A DNA stretch of 63,813 bases, the filler included. It is 8 parts of 8 records of this genome, joined end to end, with 100 filler letters (N's around TTAATTAATTAA, not from the genome) between each part and the next. Parts side by side here need not be neighbours in the genome. Positions count along the whole stretch, not along the records: positions 5,657 to 11,407 come from SRR31147125_34858; positions 11,508 to 17,391 come from SRR31147125_34870; positions 17,492 to 28,415 come from SRR31147125_34888; 5 more parts are not named here. One strand, 5' to 3'. A program made the translations under genes and the position numbers. The notes below the pieces were generated by a model. It searched no databases and was not told where the DNA came from. It was given only the letters and a program-made list of their open reading frames with translations. Shown here in pieces: positions 11,239 through 21,558 of the stretch (position 1 is the stretch's first letter; each line of letters opens with the position of its first letter).

Positions 11239-11407
11239 TTGTCCTTAGTGAATAGAGATGATCTCAATATTAGATTGAAAGATGGAGATCCCGAAGCTTT
11301 TGAGGGGATTTTTAAATTAACACATAACCGATTGCGGAGTTATTGTAAATTATTTTTGCACGATAGTGCCCATGTAGATGATCTAGTTCAGGAGTGTTTC
11401 CTCAGTT
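11239..11407 (+). CDS. ECF RNA polymerase sigma-70 factor (3'-truncated)
   Basis: RLKDGDPEAFEGIF...DDLVQECFL region-2 motif. Confidence 0.85.
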
Positions 11408-11507
11408 NNNNNNNNNNNNNNNNNNNNNNNNNNNNNNNNNNNNNNNNNNNNTTAATTAATTAANNNNNNNNNNNNNNNNNNNNNNNNNNNNNNNNNNNNN
11501 NNNNNNN
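11408..11507. other. Artificial contig linker
   Basis: N44-TTAATTAATTAA-N44. Confidence 0.99.
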
Positions 11508-11508
11508 T

Positions 11509-11847
11509 TTTGGAAATACTTCACGAAACATATTTAAAGTCAGTCCAAAGAAAAGCTTTGCAGGATTAATCGGAGGAATAGTGATGGCAATCGCTATTGG
11601 TTATGCATATATTCTTCTGATACCAGAGTCATTAGCTTTTAATAACATGTTCATTCCAGGATTACTGTTTCTGATTATCGCCATAGCCGCGAATACCGGA
11701 GATCTGGTTGAATCAGTACTTAAACGCTCAGCCGGAGTTAAGGATTCAGGCAAAAGCATACCCGGCCGCGGTGGTGTTTTGGATACTATCGATTCGATAG
11801 TTTTCAGTGCACCATTCTTTTATTTCTTTCTATTGTTTATCCAATAA
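11509..11847 (+). CDS. cdsA: Phosphatidate cytidylyltransferase (5'-truncated)
   Basis: VSPKKS and GDLVESVLKRSAGVKDSGKSIPGRGGVLDTIDS signature; upstream of dxr. Confidence 0.95.
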   Translation, partial: FGNTSRNIFKVSPKKSFAGLIGGIVMAIAIGYAYILLIPESLAFNNMFIPGLLFLIIAIAANTGDLVESVLKRSAGVKDSGKSIPGRGGVLDTIDSIVFSAPFFYFFLLFIQ

Positions 11848-11861
11848 CGGCAGGTTGTTCT

Positions 11862-13004
11862 ATGCTTAAGCGTATTATCATTCTGGGATGTACAGGATCG
11901 ATCGGGCAAAGTACTTGCCAGGTAGTGAATCAATTCAAAGACTCTTTTACCGTAACAGCTATATCAGCACATTCAAACGTAACTGGATTATTAAAAATAC
12001 AGAAAGATTTTAACGTTTCATATACAGCACTTTCCGGAGAAATGTCCAAAGATTTTTCTCCCCATAACAACAAAGTTGATTTTTCCGGAACTGATGGTTT
12101 GATTGAAATGATTCATGCTGTGGATGCGGATATTGTTGTAAATGGTATATCTGGTGCAGCTGGTCTGCTGCCCTCAATTGCCGCTCTTGAATCAGGTAAA
12201 GATTTGGTTTTGGCTAATAAAGAAACTGTTGTAATGGCCAACTCTCTTATTTTTGATTTGGCAAAAAAACATAACCGGTCTATCATACCGGTTGATTCGG
12301 AACATTCAGCAATACTGCAATTAGTAAGATTTCGTCCCGAAAATTTTCTCAATAAGATTGTACTCACCGCTTCCGGGGGTCCGTTTAAAGATACTCCGCA
12401 AGAAGCATTTTCTACTATATCACCCGAAGATGCTATGAAACATCCCACCTGGGATATGGGTAGAAAAATTTCCATCGATTCCGCCACTTTAGCAAATAAG
12501 GGGCTGGAAGTTATTGAAACTCATATGTTTTTCAATACGCCCCCTTCAAAAATTGATGTGGTAATTCATCCTCAGAGCATTATTCATTCCATGATCTCTA
12601 CTACTGACGGCTGCATGTATGCCCAGCTGAGCAGTACGGATATGCAAATACCCATAATGAATGCATTATCATATCCCGCTATTGCACATGAAGTTATAGC
12701 ACCTTTTGATCCGGCTGGTTTAACCCTTACTTTTGAAAAGCCCCAGATTGAGAAGTTTCCAATGCTTTTATATGCATATGATTCACTCGAATATGGTGGT
12801 GCTTATACTATTGCATATAATGCCGCAAACGAAATTGCTGTAGACCAATTTGTTAATAGACGTATTAAATTTACTGATATTCCTATTATCACAAATAAAA
12901 TACTTCAATATGACTGGTCTAAAAAAGCTTCAGATTTTGAGGAAGTAATTGCAATTGATCAAGAGATCAGAAAACTCAGTATGGAGATTATTTCCAAGTT
13001 ATGA
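11862..13004 (+). CDS. dxr: 1-deoxy-D-xylulose-5-phosphate reductoisomerase
   Basis: LGCTGSIG, LANKE, PVDSEHSA, TASGGPF, HPTWDMGRKISIDSAT, NKGLE. Confidence 0.98.
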   Translation: MLKRIIILGCTGSIGQSTCQVVNQFKDSFTVTAISAHSNVTGLLKIQKDFNVSYTALSGEMSKDFSPHNNKVDFSGTDGLIEMIHAVDADIVVNGISGAAGLLPSIAALESGKDLVLANKETVVMANSLIFDLAKKHNRSIIPVDSEHSAILQLVRFRPENFLNKIVLTASGGPFKDTPQEAFSTISPEDAMKHPTWDMGRKISIDSATLANKGLEVIETHMFFNTPPSKIDVVIHPQSIIHSMISTTDGCMYAQLSSTDMQIPIMNALSYPAIAHEVIAPFDPAGLTLTFEKPQIEKFPMLLYAYDSLEYGGAYTIAYNAANEIAVDQFVNRRIKFTDIPIITNKILQYDWSKKASDFEEVIAIDQEIRKLSMEIISKL

Positions 13005-14389
13005 CATTTCTTACCATTTTAATCGGACTGATCGGTCTCGGTATTATTGTCTTTATCCATGAATTAGGACATTTCATTGCGGCCCGCCTTTCTGGTATTG
13101 ATGTTGAAGCTTTTGCTATCGGATGGGGTAAAAAAATCAAAAGCTATACCAGAAATGGAGTTGAATACCGACTCAATGTTTTTCCTATTGGCGGTTATTG
13201 TAAAATGAAGGGAGAGGATGAATTCAGAAGAGCTATTGAGCTAAAATATTCCTCTTTCCCGAAAGAACCCGGATCGCTTTTTGCTGCAAGACCAGTTAAA
13301 CGTTTTTTAACATATTTCGCCGGACCGCTGTTTAATTTAATTTTTGCTGTTCTGCTGTTTTCCATAGTTTGGGGAATCGGTTTTGATTATGCAACCACCG
13401 ATAATAGAATAGTTCTCTCATCCGATCTTACTGAGTTACATATTGCAACCGATGAAAACAGCTCAGCAGTTAATCAAAACCCTGCAGATATCAGCGGTCT
13501 GAAAAGCGGAGATTATATAGTCCGTCTGGGAAATAATGAAATAAACACTTTCTATGATATACAGACTGCTTTAATGACTGCAGCTAATACAGATATGCCT
13601 ATAACATATATCCGTGATGGGATTACATATCAATCAACTATTATTCCCGATTTAGATAAATCGACAGGTAGTGGAATTATTGGAATATATTCATGGATTG
13701 AGCCCGTCATCGAATACATCCCTCAAGATGCTGCTCCAGAATTATCTGCCGGTTTCAGGGTCGGAGATAAAATCACGGCTATTAATAATATGCCAATTAA
13801 TCATATTCTTGAGTTTTACAATGAAGCCGTAAAATACCATAGTTTTCTGGAGGTTCTAGTAGAACGTGACGGGAAAACAATAACTCTGAAATATACTCCA
13901 AGTGTTAATGAACAGGGACAGAAAATTATTCAGCTTATTTTCCCTTCAAAAACTATTATCAACAAAGCTGATAATATATTCCAGGCTGTATCAAAAGGCA
14001 TTACAGAAACTATTTCCACTTTTTCTACGGCCTTTCTCAGCATCAGAACGTTGTTTATGGGTGTTGATATGCGTCAAACACTGGCAGGACCAATTCGTAT
14101 AACGTATCTAGTCGGTGAAGCAACTGCTGAAGGTTTCAGGTCGGGATTTGTGACTGGAATACGTACATTACTGCACTTGTTGGGTTTTATCAGTGTAGCG
14201 CTGGGCTTTGCAAATCTTCTGCCTATTCCTGCATTAGACGGTGGTCAAATGATCATTTCAGCATATGAAGGAATATCACGAAGAGAAATTGCACCCAGAC
14301 GATATTATATTCTTCAAATTGCAGGGTTCGCTATTTTGTTTACTATTCTTATTTTTACCGTCTTTAATGATATTATATCTTTTTTCTAA
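13001..14389 (+). CDS. rseP: RIP (M50) metalloprotease RseP
   Basis: HELGH, GGYCKM, PDZ domains, NLLPIPALDGG; ATGA overlap with dxr. Confidence 0.95.
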   Translation: MTFLTILIGLIGLGIIVFIHELGHFIAARLSGIDVEAFAIGWGKKIKSYTRNGVEYRLNVFPIGGYCKMKGEDEFRRAIELKYSSFPKEPGSLFAARPVKRFLTYFAGPLFNLIFAVLLFSIVWGIGFDYATTDNRIVLSSDLTELHIATDENSSAVNQNPADISGLKSGDYIVRLGNNEINTFYDIQTALMTAANTDMPITYIRDGITYQSTIIPDLDKSTGSGIIGIYSWIEPVIEYIPQDAAPELSAGFRVGDKITAINNMPINHILEFYNEAVKYHSFLEVLVERDGKTITLKYTPSVNEQGQKIIQLIFPSKTIINKADNIFQAVSKGITETISTFSTAFLSIRTLFMGVDMRQTLAGPIRITYLVGEATAEGFRSGFVTGIRTLLHLLGFISVALGFANLLPIPALDGGQMIISAYEGISRREIAPRRYYILQIAGFAILFTILIFTVFNDIISFF

Positions 14390-15786
14390 GATTTTTTATC
14401 ATAATTTCTGGCTATCAGATTTACAAAACGTGTATATTTTGGCTGAAATTTTATGAATACCGTTCCTACCGGACCATTTCTCTGTTTTGCAAGAATCAAT
14501 GATGTTTCCAGCGGATCTCTCTTTCTCTTCTTATTATTGTTTTTGCTGTAGCTGACAACATTATCATCGTCATCATTATCAGCTTCCAATCGATCTCTAT
14601 GAAGAAAAATAACAACATCAGCATCCTGTTCAATGGAACCTGATTCACGTAAATCTGACAAAGTTGGTTCTTTTCCTTCTGATTCCCTTCTTACCTGAGA
14701 TAATGCTACTATAGGAATATCCAACTCCCGAGCTAATGCTTTAAGTGACCTCGATAATTCAGCAACCTGTTCATGTCTGGGAATGGTACCCTTACTTGCA
14801 GGCTCAATCAACCCAATATAGTCGATGAACAAAATTTCAATTTGTTCATTCTTTTTCATTCTTCTTGCCTGTGAACGTAAATCCAACAAGTTAATATTTG
14901 GTGTGTCGTCGATATAGAGTGGTGCTTCGTAAAGATTGCCTGCAGCATCTGCCAAAGAGCCAAAATCAGACTGTTTCAATTTACCTGATCGAATACTGTT
15001 TGAATCAATTTGTGCTTCAGATGAAATAATTCTCTGCATAAGCGATTTACTCGACATTTCAAGTGTAAAAAAACCGACAGGAATTTTCTTTCTTACGGCG
15101 ATAAATGTAGCCATGTTTATCGCCAAGGCAGTTTTACCAACAGAAGGTCTGGCGCCGATAACTATAAATTCAGATTTCTGGAATCCACTCGTCATATTGT
15201 CAAGCTCACTGAAGCCAGAAGGGACGCCTGTATATTCACCTTTTGAATGGTACAGTTTCTCAATGAAATTCATTGTTTCAGTGACAACAGGACCAATACT
15301 TGTATACTTGCTGCCCATGCTTGAATTATCGAGAATCTCAAATATTTTCTTTTCAGCTTCAGCTATCAGTTCTTGAGTATCTTCAGATTCATCGTATGCC
15401 TTAGCTGTAAGTTCACTCGAAATAGTGATTAGCGAACGTCTGAAACTGTTACTGCGAATTATTTTGGAATAGTATTCGACATTAGCGGTAGTAGGTAAAT
15501 CCGTAGTAAGTGAGGCTATATAGGGAGAGCCGCCAACACGATCCAGATTATTTTGCTGCCTTAATGTATCAACAAGACTAATAATATCAATATTAGTCTC
15601 ATTATTGCGAAGCAGCTGTATTGCCTCAAAAATGAGCTGATGTGCGGTTTTATAAAAATCGGCCGGTCGCAGTATATCCAAGGCTTTATCAAGAGCATCT
15701 TCAGATAATAAGGTTGAACCTAATACAGCTCTTTCCACATCTTCATTATGCGGGGGAACTCTGCCTAATAACCCGGCCGATTTCAT
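14386..15786 (-). CDS. dnaB: Replicative DNA helicase
   Basis: PPHN.DVERAVLG, GARPSVGKT, IDYIGLI, LSDLRESGSIEQDAD, KQRNGP; 4-nt convergent overlap with rseP. Confidence 0.98.
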   Translation of the reverse strand: MKSAGLLGRVPPHNEDVERAVLGSTLLSEDALDKALDILRPADFYKTAHQLIFEAIQLLRNNETNIDIISLVDTLRQQNNLDRVGGSPYIASLTTDLPTTANVEYYSKIIRSNSFRRSLITISSELTAKAYDESEDTQELIAEAEKKIFEILDNSSMGSKYTSIGPVVTETMNFIEKLYHSKGEYTGVPSGFSELDNMTSGFQKSEFIVIGARPSVGKTALAINMATFIAVRKKIPVGFFTLEMSSKSLMQRIISSEAQIDSNSIRSGKLKQSDFGSLADAAGNLYEAPLYIDDTPNINLLDLRSQARRMKKNEQIEILFIDYIGLIEPASKGTIPRHEQVAELSRSLKALARELDIPIVALSQVRRESEGKEPTLSDLRESGSIEQDADVVIFLHRDRLEADNDDDDNVVSYSKNNNKKRKRDPLETSLILAKQRNGPVGTVFIKFQPKYTRFVNLIARNYDKKS

Positions 15787-15792
15787 ATGTAA

Positions 15793-16434
15793 TTAGTCCT
15801 CCGGAGTTTCTTCACCCTCTTCGACTACAACTTCAGCACTAACGGCGGCTTCAGCTGTTTCTTCTACAGATGCTTCTTCTTCAACCTTTTTTTCTTCAGC
15901 TTCTTTTGCTACTGCGGCTTTTGTTTCGGCAGCTTTTGTTTCGGCAGCTTTTACCGCAGCGGCTTCTTTCTCTTTCAATTCAGCCTGGCGTTCATTTACA
16001 ATCACAATCTTCAACTCGGCAACTTCGCTTTCATACAGTCTGATTTTCACAGTGTAGTTACCAACCATTTTGATATTGTGAGAAGGAACATCAACTTTCT
16101 TCTTTTCAATATGTACGCCCTCTTTTGCTAAAGCTTCTACGATAGTTGCACCGGTTACTGCACCGAACAACTTACCGGACTCACCGGCAGAAACTCTGAT
16201 CTCAAGAGCCAATTCTTCAATTCTTTCTTTAAGAGAAAGAGCACTTTTCCGTTTCTCTTCTTTCTTTTTAGTAATAGAAGCTTCTCTGCTTTTGAACATA
16301 GCTATATTAGTTTTGTTATAGGCAACAGCTAGTTTTTTCGGCAGAAGAAAATTTCTTGCGTATCCGGCGGCAACTTCACGTACATCGCCTTCTTCACCTA
16401 AATTGTATACATCTTCATTCAAAATTATTTTCAT
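15793..16434 (-). CDS. rplI: 50S ribosomal protein L9 with Ala/Glu/Lys-rich C-terminal extension
   Basis: MKIILNEDVYNLGEEGDVREVAAGYARNFLLP, GKLFGAVT. Confidence 0.97.
   Translation of the reverse strand: MKIILNEDVYNLGEEGDVREVAAGYARNFLLPKKLAVAYNKTNIAMFKSREASITKKKEEKRKSALSLKERIEELALEIRVSAGESGKLFGAVTGATIVEALAKEGVHIEKKKVDVPSHNIKMVGNYTVKIRLYESEVAELKIVIVNERQAELKEKEAAAVKAAETKAAETKAAVAKEAEEKKVEEEASVEETAEAAVSAEVVVEEGEETPED
15917..15952. repeat. 15-bp tandem repeat GCTTTTGTTTCGGCA (about 2.4 copies) encoding AAETK
   Basis: Read directly in the rplI tail. Confidence 0.85.
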
Positions 16435-17391
16435 TTAATTCTCCTTGGAATAATTCTCATCAGAATTATTCTCCATGAAATCATCTTTTTTAGAATTGGT
16501 TCTGTAATTAATCCAATACTCAGATAACCCCAATATTGGAACTCCTATACACATTATTACGTTCACACCCGGTATCAGCAATAACAAAACAGTCAGTAAA
16601 ACAAGTCTGACCGGATTCTTCAGGGTCTTTCTTTTTCGTCCCCAGTGCATTAATAACGATAATCCAGCTGTACCATATATAAGCAGTAAAGATAGAGCGA
16701 TATTCCACACTATATCTCCAAATGTCCCTATTCCGATAATTATATCTATCAAAACAAGAATCCAGCTGCCGATAAATGGCCACAACAACTCTATCGGAAC
16801 AAAAAAGCCGGCAAGAAAATTACCTTTAACTGCTGCTTCCGACGCATTTCCGATTTTAATACCATTGTACCTGCGTGTAATTGAATTTCTAAAATCCAAT
16901 CACTTACCAGTATGTTAAATCCGCTGATAAACAAAAAAACCGGCATGAAAGTGCTCTTCACAATTACAAAAGCAATCGAAAACAACATTTCAGCAACACC
17001 AGTATCATCTCCCAGATATCCGCTGTATATAAGCAGATCCCTGTAAATTGTGAAATAAAATTCCCTGCATTTCTCAGCTGCCGGGCTGTTCCCATTTACA
17101 GCAACTACTAATGTTATACCGATAACAAGTGATAAACTTCCTGAAATCAGCAATCTGTACAATCGCCTTATCCGTACTGGAATATGGAATAGAACTACTC
17201 CAACCAGTAATACCAAAGGATAAAACAAACCGATAGCGACGATTAAATAATCGGCCTGTTCCAAACCAATTCTCATTACGCTGATCAAATCCCAAAGGAA
17301 TAAACCAGCTGCAATACTCAACACTGTAACGACAGATATTCTGTCGGTATAGTGTTTAAACAGAAAATGCAATGGGACAACACAAAGTATA
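16435..17391 (-). CDS. DUF2232/YybS-like membrane protein (5'-truncated; frameshift near 16891)
   Basis: Hydrophobic ORFs 16791..17372 and 16435..16899 are joined by one extra T; PGVN...GLSEYWINYR tail; canonical position upstream of rplI-dnaB. Confidence 0.75.
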
Positions 17392-17491
17392 NNNNNNNNN
17401 NNNNNNNNNNNNNNNNNNNNNNNNNNNNNNNNNNNTTAATTAATTAANNNNNNNNNNNNNNNNNNNNNNNNNNNNNNNNNNNNNNNNNNNN
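17392..17491. other. Artificial contig linker
   Basis: N44-TTAATTAATTAA-N44. Confidence 0.99.
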
Positions 17492-17668
17492 GGGGATTTA
17501 GGGGGATGTTCGTTCCGATACCTGAAACGACCAATCAAACTCGAATAAAAACTTTAAAACCAATACAATTCTATTGCTCTCCGCCTCCTCCGCAATCTCT
17601 GCGGTTAAAAAATTAAAGTCATTGTTTTTATTTGCACCTTTGCGAGAGCTCATCTACTTTTCAATCCA

Positions 17669-18430
17669 TCACAGTCTTTCGTCCCGGATTTTAGTCTCCC
17701 TTGTCAATGGCACCGGTTCTTTTAACGTGTAGAGGGGCGTTTCGCTCGTACATACATGCCGTTCCTCCACCAGTGTCCCGATCGTCGTTGGCGCACCCCG
17801 GCCTTTGGGTACTTCATAATAGACCAGGCAACCATCACTCAGGCGGTACCAGTACTGCGCGCTCCAGAAAAACTTTTTAAATCCGGTTAAATTGATTTTC
17901 ACCTTGACCGTTTCCACATCCTGACCATTAACGCAGATGGTTTCGATCTTTTCTTTTTTTGCCGCAATTTTGGTGGGTTTGGCTTTACTTAATTCACTGA
18001 CCATCTGCACTGGCAGGAAATAAAACGACCGCTTTTTATCATCCGATTTAATGAAATCTGCCAGGCAAAACTGCGACTGATACCACTCTTTATCGTCAAA
18101 ATCAAAAGAGTGTTCACTCTCTTTGGTTTGAATGTGGATCTGCTTTTCGTCCCGTAAAATCCGGATAGATTCCCCGTTTTTCGTATTCACGATTTGGCAA
18201 TTCTGCGTTTGAAATTCCCCGTCGGCATGCAGCATCACTCTCACGGTGTCTGATATCTGTTCCAGGTGAATCGCCTTGTCTTTTTTGGTGATCTGGTACG
18301 TTACCGATTCCACTTTGTCTTCTGTTTTTTCACTAAACAGGAGGGATTTGGTGATCTGGGATTTTGCAGGATTAACCAAAAATAAGGCGCAAAGGGGGCT
18401 AACAATTAGAAGAGAAAAAGTTCTGTTCAT
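17669..18430 (-). CDS. Hypothetical secreted beta-rich protein
   Basis: Signal-peptide-like MNRTFSLLIVSPLCALFLVNPAKS, GGAG RBS before the ATG at 18430; C-terminal FWSAQYWYRLSDG. Confidence 0.7.
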   Translation of the reverse strand: MNRTFSLLIVSPLCALFLVNPAKSQITKSLLFSEKTEDKVESVTYQITKKDKAIHLEQISDTVRVMLHADGEFQTQNCQIVNTKNGESIRILRDEKQIHIQTKESEHSFDFDDKEWYQSQFCLADFIKSDDKKRSFYFLPVQMVSELSKAKPTKIAAKKEKIETICVNGQDVETVKVKINLTGFKKFFWSAQYWYRLSDGCLVYYEVPKGRGAPTTIGTLVEERHVCTSETPLYTLKEPVPLTRETKIRDERL

Positions 18431-18644
18431 ATCAATCTCCGACCTCACATCACAACGCCAGGCACGTCAAAAGGAGAGGTGAATTCCAATATCATCCTGA
18501 ACGATATGCACAACATGTTAAACAGATTTATTAAAATATACAACGAAACATGTTTAACTGCAGAAGAAAAAATTATTTTATTTGTCAAACTCTTGCAAAA
18601 TGCAATAGTGATTTATTGAGCAGGGGATGAAAGCCCTTTAAATG

Positions 18645-18739
18645 TGACTCGCTAGTTTTGCGCAGATATGGGATTGTTTTACAACTCTGAGTTTTGTTTT
18701 ATTTATCTTCCCCATCAGTGCCCCAGGTCAGCCTGAACG
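18645..18739. repeat. Non-coding dispersed repeat A, copy 1
   Basis: 51/60 ungapped identity to 21442-21501 (counted by eye), with weaker similarity for about 30 nt more. Confidence 0.85.
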
Positions 18740-18800
18740 AAGTCGAGGGATTATCAGCAAGTGATCCCATCCACTCAAATAACACCCTGATAAAATGAAT

Positions 18801-21038
18801 TCAAAATCGCAACGCATACGTATACTTGGCCAGAAACGTCCGGTTATCATACCTAGGCGTTTTCGTTATCAACCGGTCCAGATCTGAGATCACATCCTCA
18901 TTGTAAACCAGCCACAGATCATTGCCTTCGCTGAAATTATAACGAAAACGTACATTGGTAGAAAAGGCATCACTGGAGCTATTGTACTGGATAAAGGCGT
19001 TGGTGGATAATTTTGTGTTCAATGCCGTGCTGATGCGGATACGCGTTGTGTGCGAATCGAATTTCTGGCTGCGGTCGGGAAAGCGCACCCGGTTATAGAT
19101 ATATTCCCCGTATAATTCCAGATGCGGTGACACATACCAGCGTGGCTCCAGGTTCATTGTAACCTTCCAGCCATCGTAAAATCGGCCTACATTTGCGCTG
19201 GCAAGGATCTGTTTGCGGCTCGTGTGTGTCATGTGATAATCCGCTCCAAGACTCCAGAATGTGTAAGTGCCCATAGGTATATTTGCTTTATCCGACAGCT
19301 GAAACGGCTGCAGCAGATCCTCATACGAGATTTTTGCTTCAAATCCGCCGCCAACACCGGATTTACGTCCATAACTCCACTCCGGGCCTATCTCGGCAGA
19401 CTCGACACGGCCATCCAGATTGCGTTTATAAGCAAACCCGTCCAGTGATAATGTGTGCCAGATGAGTTCCGAGTCTTCACCCGGAATCCAGGTGTAGGAA
19501 ACAGCGTTATCAAACAGGTTAAAGTCAGTGCGCTGGGTAAAACCGATACCCGGATCATAATCCGGGCCGGTAACGGCATATCCAGCCGAATAGCCGAATC
19601 CCTGCCGTCGTCGCCGTTCTATCTGTATTGTGTAACGCACCGCGTCCAGGGCATTTACGTCGGTTTTGTCTTTATCCAGCGTCTGCGACCACTGCAAGGT
19701 CAGGTAATCGTCGCCAAACAGACGAAACAAGCCATCCAAACCATAGGCATAGTTATAGTGACCGCTACTGGCAACACGACTCGTGGCCATGGCCCCGGCA
19801 TAGGAATAGTCATTAAGCACCTGGCGCCGCAGGCGTAAAACGCCGAAATTCTCGGACGGCAGCAAATCGCTATCTGCGGTTTGCATGTTGAGCAGACCCA
19901 CATCCCATGGACCCATCCGACCCACCAGTCGCGCGCCGCCAAGGATACGAACCGGTACACCCTCGTCGGTCAGACCGATGCGGCGGCTGTGGAAAAGCCG
20001 GCTGTAGGTACCCATGCGGAAATCAAACATGGACGACCGCTCCTGGAAAAATTGCCTCTTTTCCGGAAAAAACAGGGAAAACCGGGTCAGATTGACCTGC
20101 TTGTCATCTGCCTCCACCTGGGCGAAATCCGTGTTCACGGTCAGGTCCAGGGTCATGCTGTTGGACAGGCTGTATTTCAAATCGCCGCCGAGTTCCCTTT
20201 TAAAGGTATTTTCTGTTACTGGCAGGGCAGTTTCAGAGTCAGATTCCGACAAATGGCCCAGACCACCAAGACTGTAGGGCGTAACATAAACCGGTGAGCT
20301 GCTATGAATGCCGCGCAGAATTACCTTTTGTGCCAGGGAGGGCTTGAGAAAGGCATAGTTTGCCACCGGCGGAACAGGAGGGAAGACCAGTCGTTCGGTT
20401 TTGCGCGCTACCTTGCGCTGCAGCAGGATACCCATGATTACCTGGCCGTTTTCCTCCTGAAAGCGCAGACTGGAAAAGGGGATACGCACCTCTGCGAACC
20501 AGCCCTCGTTTGTGATCGCGGTTTTCACGTCCCAAAAGGTGTTGAAATCGCTATTGATCCAGTTGCCGCCAATAATACCGCCACCGCTGGCATCGTTAGA
20601 GATGGCTGAATCCTTGCGTATGCCGGCCGGCGTGGTGGAAAACAGGAATGCGGTCTCGTTGTCATTGAATGTGTCGATGAGAAACTCGAAATGATCATCA
20701 CCGCGTAAACGGTCGCGGTAGAGTGTGTTGACGCGCAGTCCATCCGGATCCGAGTCATAAGCGCGTAACGAAAAGTACATGTAATCGCTGTCATAAGCCA
20801 CACGGAACTCGGTGCGTTCACTGGCCGGAGCACCGTTATTGGGCTCGAACTGGGTGGCGTAAAAAGGCTGCACCGATTCCCAGGCCGGCTCGTTACTGAG
20901 ACCGTCCAGTTTAATAGGACTGTTTATGCGGGTGAGAACAATCGGGTTATCGTTTTGCGCCAGAACAGAAGAACAGAAAAAGAACAATCCTGCCAGCAGC
21001 AGGGGAGAAGACATGGGGAAAACAAACCGTTTGAACAC
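18801..21038 (-). CDS. CBM9-like/DUF5916 domain protein (secreted or outer membrane)
   Basis: IKLDGLSNEPAW, AEVRIPFSSLRF, LTVNTDFAQVEAD, NLTRFSLFFPEKRQFF, SRRIG. The GTG at 21038 has an AAGGA RBS; the ORF-track extension to 21407 runs through non-coding repeats. Confidence 0.88.
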   Translation of the reverse strand: MFKRFVFPMSSPLLLAGLFFFCSSVLAQNDNPIVLTRINSPIKLDGLSNEPAWESVQPFYATQFEPNNGAPASERTEFRVAYDSDYMYFSLRAYDSDPDGLRVNTLYRDRLRGDDHFEFLIDTFNDNETAFLFSTTPAGIRKDSAISNDASGGGIIGGNWINSDFNTFWDVKTAITNEGWFAEVRIPFSSLRFQEENGQVIMGILLQRKVARKTERLVFPPVPPVANYAFLKPSLAQKVILRGIHSSSPVYVTPYSLGGLGHLSESDSETALPVTENTFKRELGGDLKYSLSNSMTLDLTVNTDFAQVEADDKQVNLTRFSLFFPEKRQFFQERSSMFDFRMGTYSRLFHSRRIGLTDEGVPVRILGGARLVGRMGPWDVGLLNMQTADSDLLPSENFGVLRLRRQVLNDYSYAGAMATSRVASSGHYNYAYGLDGLFRLFGDDYLTLQWSQTLDKDKTDVNALDAVRYTIQIERRRRQGFGYSAGYAVTGPDYDPGIGFTQRTDFNLFDNAVSYTWIPGEDSELIWHTLSLDGFAYKRNLDGRVESAEIGPEWSYGRKSGVGGGFEAKISYEDLLQPFQLSDKANIPMGTYTFWSLGADYHMTHTSRKQILASANVGRFYDGWKVTMNLEPRWYVSPHLELYGEYIYNRVRFPDRSQKFDSHTTRIRISTALNTKLSTNAFIQYNSSSDAFSTNVRFRYNFSEGNDLWLVYNEDVISDLDRLITKTPRYDNRTFLAKYTYALRF

Positions 21039-21302
21039 GAAAAAATCCTTTAGCGTTAGGTCCGGATGGCGATAAACCCTCGCGGAAAGTGATATCCTTA
21101 CGGATTGTGAGGACAGACACGCATAAAAAATTCCTGCACCCCCTGGTCTGCCGAGAAAAATTGTTTTAATGGTAATAATCCTAATATTAAGCAAAGAATG
21201 ACTCTTTTTCAAGGAAATAGTGGGCCCATTGCGGCGGCATACGTGAGTTGTGACTGTATTTTGGTTCTTTTTTGTTATTTTTATTTTTTGGAATTTTTTG
21301 GA

Positions 21303-21380
21303 GTATAATGACTGTGTCATTACACCATCAGAGCCACCTGGCTCACCCCGAGATCGAGTCATCCATAGCGGAGTCGAAGG
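21303..21380. repeat. REP-like elements: hairpin GTATAATGAC-tgt-GTCATTACAC and GTCATCCATAGCGGAGTCGAAGG
   Basis: The second element resembles GTCAGCCTGAACGAAGTCGAGGG at 18727-18749 and the widespread GTCATCCTGAGCGAAGTCGAAGG REP type. Confidence 0.6.
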
Positions 21381-21441
21381 CTCCCAGGCAGAGGCACCTC
21401 CATACATCTTTTCAGACTTAACGTTTTCAGGCCGCTCAGCA

Positions 21442-21532
21442 TGACTCGTTAATTTTGCGAAGCTATGGGGTTGTTTTATTGCTCCGAGTTTTGTTTTATT
21501 TTTCCCATCATCCGTTCCAAGTCATCCCAAAC
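21442..21532. repeat. Non-coding dispersed repeat A, copy 2
   Basis: Direct repeat of 18645-18739. Confidence 0.85.
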
Positions 21533-21558
21533 TAAAAAATCCTCTCTGCTTCAAATTT

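Noticed and set aside
21039..21407. 123-aa N-terminal extension of the DUF5916 ORF
   Set aside because: It runs through REP-like and low-complexity sequence; the RBS and signal peptide indicate a start at 21038
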